The translations under genes were made by a program, and so were the position numbers. A DNA stretch of 64,000 nt. It comes from Felis catus (Eukaryota). Below the pieces are notes generated by a model. The model was not told the origin of the DNA. It saw only the letters and a list, made by a program, of their open reading frames with translations, and made no database searches. Shown piece after piece: positions 61,100-64,000 of the stretch (its first letter is position 1; every line of letters starts with the position of its first letter). Location of the stretch: assembly GCF_018350175.1 (NCBI RefSeq), contig NC_058368.1, forward strand, positions 128,776,001 to 128,840,000. Reading direction: 5' to 3'.

Positions 61100-62530
61100 A
61101 ATATATTTGTACTCTTAGTTTCCAAAATTATTTCACTTCTCCCTTTTCCTCAAAGTTGCTACACCCTCTACTGCTTTCTTTCAGCCTCTGACCTGACATT
61201 ATAATTCATTGAGAAAACTGAAGCAACCAGACATAAGTTCGATCATTTCCTCACCATCAAAAGCATCCAGCTTCTCTACCTCCAAACCTGTCTTTCCCTA
61301 CACTTCCATGAGTGAAGGCTACCTGTTCCGGCCAAAGGCCAGCCTGACACCTGGGAGGTCCTCCTCCCTCTCATTCCCAGTTTTCCCCTCTCTTTCCCTC
61401 TCTTCTGGGCATTCTCATCATCCCCATGGTCTGCTCTCTCCTGATTTTAAAAAGCCTTTCCCTAACCTTACCTGTCACTCTAGCTATTGGCCCATTTCTC
61501 CGTAGTCACTGGCAAATGTGATGTATTTCAGATTGGAGAGTCTCAATTGTGTTGAATGCTGCTGAGAAGTCAAGGGTCCACAGTTCGGAACCCTTGAGAA
61601 GGCATCTTCACTTCACTGTCTCCACTTCCACATCTCTTCTTGTCTCCAGCCTCCCCTCACCAAGCTTCTGTCCAGTCAGTTCGCTGATGCTGCTCTTGTA
61701 AGGGTTCCTAGGAATCCCATATGTCACATCCTGTGTACCCTTAACTTTTTGGCACCGTTCGGTATAAAAGCAGGGCCTGAGACAAAAACTTGCATGCACT
61801 CATTTGTTTGGGAAAAGATTCCAGGGAGCTAACATATAGATCACAGAGAAGGAGAGAAAGCCGACACGGTTGTGTTCTGGGCTTGGCCATGGTTATAGGT
61901 GACTGATGCAGCTGGTGCTGGATTCAGAAGACCTTGACTTACAAGACCTAGAAGAGTCTTATAAAATATGCCTCAGAACTGTTTGTCTGGGAGACGAAAG
62001 AGGAAGCATGTGTCTTTCAGATCCCATCCCCTCCAGCTCACGGGTGAGACCCCACATATGTTATCTTTCCAGTCCCCACTAAGTGCCAAGTAGGTTTCCA
62101 CTCCGCGGGCCAGAGAAGCTCCAGGGAAGGAGGAGGGAGGTACCGGGTTCCCACCTCATGCAGACGCTATCTGGCTGTACCCGCATGAAGCCTTCGAAGC
62201 CTCTGTGGGACTTGTCATTGCAACAGTGACTGGCATAAACACTGGAGCTGAGAAGATGTAAAGGAGTCACAAGCTTCCTGACACCACATTTATCAAGTAC
62301 CTGTCATTGTATTTTCTGATTTCTCTGCTTCACATCCTAATGTTGACACTCCCCGTGGCTGTATACTGGAGCTGCTGGTTTTTAAAAGTCCAGCCATTTC
62401 CTAGGTGACCTTATTCATCCCCGTAAATGTAAATATCATCTATTTGACTTCCAAATCGAGACCTAGAACTCCAGACTGGTGTGTTTAATTGTTTGCTTGT
62501 CTCATTCCATCTCATCATTTAGGCAATTAT
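61100..62530. mobile_element. L2-like fragments interrupted by an LTR33-like LTR (~61755-62285)
   Basis: Pyrimidine-rich L2-like phrases. aagcagggcctgagacaa...tttgtttggg resembles the LTR33/LTR16 end in antisense. Family is from recall. Confidence 0.45.
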
Positions 62531-62744
62531 TCTAACGTTAATATCCTTCTAATCATAATGCATATCAAGAAATAGACTCTGAAGACTTACCATGTGCTTC
62601 TGTAACCCTGTCACTCCCCTGTACTTACCTCTAGAAGTAACCACTCTACAGACTATATTTATAGTAACCAGTATTTATGATGTTATCACCTAGGTGTCCA
62701 TCTTTAGACTCTAGTTTATGCTTGTCTGAAATTTTTTTTAGTTT

Positions 62745-63545
62745 TTAAATCACTTTTATAGGATTTATTATTTAGAGCCATTTTAGATGCACAACAAAGT
62801 GGAGTAGAAAGTACAGAGTTCCCATATACCTTCTGGTCCCCAACATGCACAGACTCTCCCACCATCAGCATCCCCCACCAGAGTGGTACATTTGGTACAA
62901 TCACTGAACCTACCACATTGATACATTATAATGACCCAAAGCCCATAGTTTATATTAGGGCTTGCTCTTGGCGTTATACATTCTACGGGTTGGCAAAAGC
63001 ATATAATGACAAACATACAGCATTATGGTCTTATACAGAACAGTTTCACTTCCCTAAAAGCCCTCTGGGTTCCACCTATTTATCTCCCTCCTGGCAACCA
63101 CTGATTTTTGATTTTTGATTTTTGATTTTTGATTTTTGATTTTTTTCTGCTTTCCTGGGTGGACCCAAATACCACTGAGTTGTTTGTTTGTTTGTTTGTT
63201 TGTTAGTTTGTTTGTTTCTGGCTCCATAGTTTGGCCTTTCCTCGATTATCGTATTGTTAGAATCATAGACTTACAATCTACGTGGAATTGATGTGTTCAT
63301 GATGTAAGGTAGAAGTCAAGATTCACTTTTTGTCTGTGTGGCTATCCGGTTGATCCAGCCTTTGCAGACTGGCTTCTTTCACCTGGTAATATCCACTTAA
63401 GTTTCATTCATGTCTTTTCATGGCTTGATAGCTCATTTGTTTCTAGTGGTAAGTAATATTCCATTGTCTAGATGTACCACAGTTTATTCATTCCCCCATC
63501 GAAGGACATCTTGGTTGCTTCCAAGCTTTTCGCATGAATATATTG
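62745..63545 (-). mobile_element. Old L1 3' end (L1MB/MC-like) containing (GATTTTT)6 at 63103-63144 and (GTTT)n at ~63180-63217
   Basis: catcccccaccagagtggtacatttggtacaa and attccattgtctagatgtaccacagtttatt are typical L1 3'UTR in antisense. Confidence 0.8.
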
Positions 63546-64000
63546 ATATGTTTTTGCATTTCCTCACAATTTAAAGGACCTGGGCAATTTTGACCTGTAG
63601 TGTTTTTAGCAGTCTAGATTTTCTTCATGCCATTTATCATGTTCTTTTTCTATTGTATTTCTAGTAAATTGGGTCCAGACACTTGACCAAACTCAGGTTA
63701 GATCCCTTTAGTAAGATTGCATGTGGTTTTCTCGTCTCTCTTTTGTAATGTTGTCATTGTCTAGATATTTCAATACATAGGGTTACAAATTGGTGATATT
63801 CTACTTCAGCCATTTTCATTTTACTCTCCAGAATTATTTTTTAAAGAGATGCTTCTTTTTATGTACTATTTGGTAACTCAGTAGTACAGTTTACATAGGA
63901 AAGGCAAGGTAAATGATTTTCCTTAATTTATCAGTTTTCAAGATAATGAATTGGTTCCCTGTCATCCTCTAGAGGAGAAAATTTTTCTAAACATTATAAG

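Overview
This is mammalian genomic DNA, almost certainly from a felid, because it is dense in feline-type tRNA-derived CanSINEs and feline-type LINE-1. The window holds most of the last intron and the last coding exon of NDUFAF2 (+, 15798-16046). It then holds the convergent microprotein gene SMIM15 (-; CDS 22696-22920, two upstream non-coding exons inferred) with its CpG-island promoter (~24600-25700). About 38 kb of repeat-rich sequence with no recognisable protein-coding gene follows. Repeats include a full-length but dead L1 (4855-11190), about 25 CanSINEs, several truncated L1s with target-site duplications (TSDs), an LTR16/ERV-L relic, MaLR LTRs, DNA-transposon relics, MIR/L2 and microsatellites. 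I found no evidence of a new multi-gene biological system. The most interesting signals are: (i) several templated-insertion or template-switch scars, namely a complex inverted plus direct insertion in L1 ORF2 at 7864-7930, a quasi-palindrome at 7432-7454, and a 67-bp inverted copy at 30401-30467 of sequence ~570 bp away that spans a SINE junction; (ii) a uORF-rich 5' leader for SMIM15, with a candidate ATG-initiated cassette exon; (iii) multi-layer nested retrotransposon insertions. Repeat family names and reference-protein comparisons are from recall, not from a database search.
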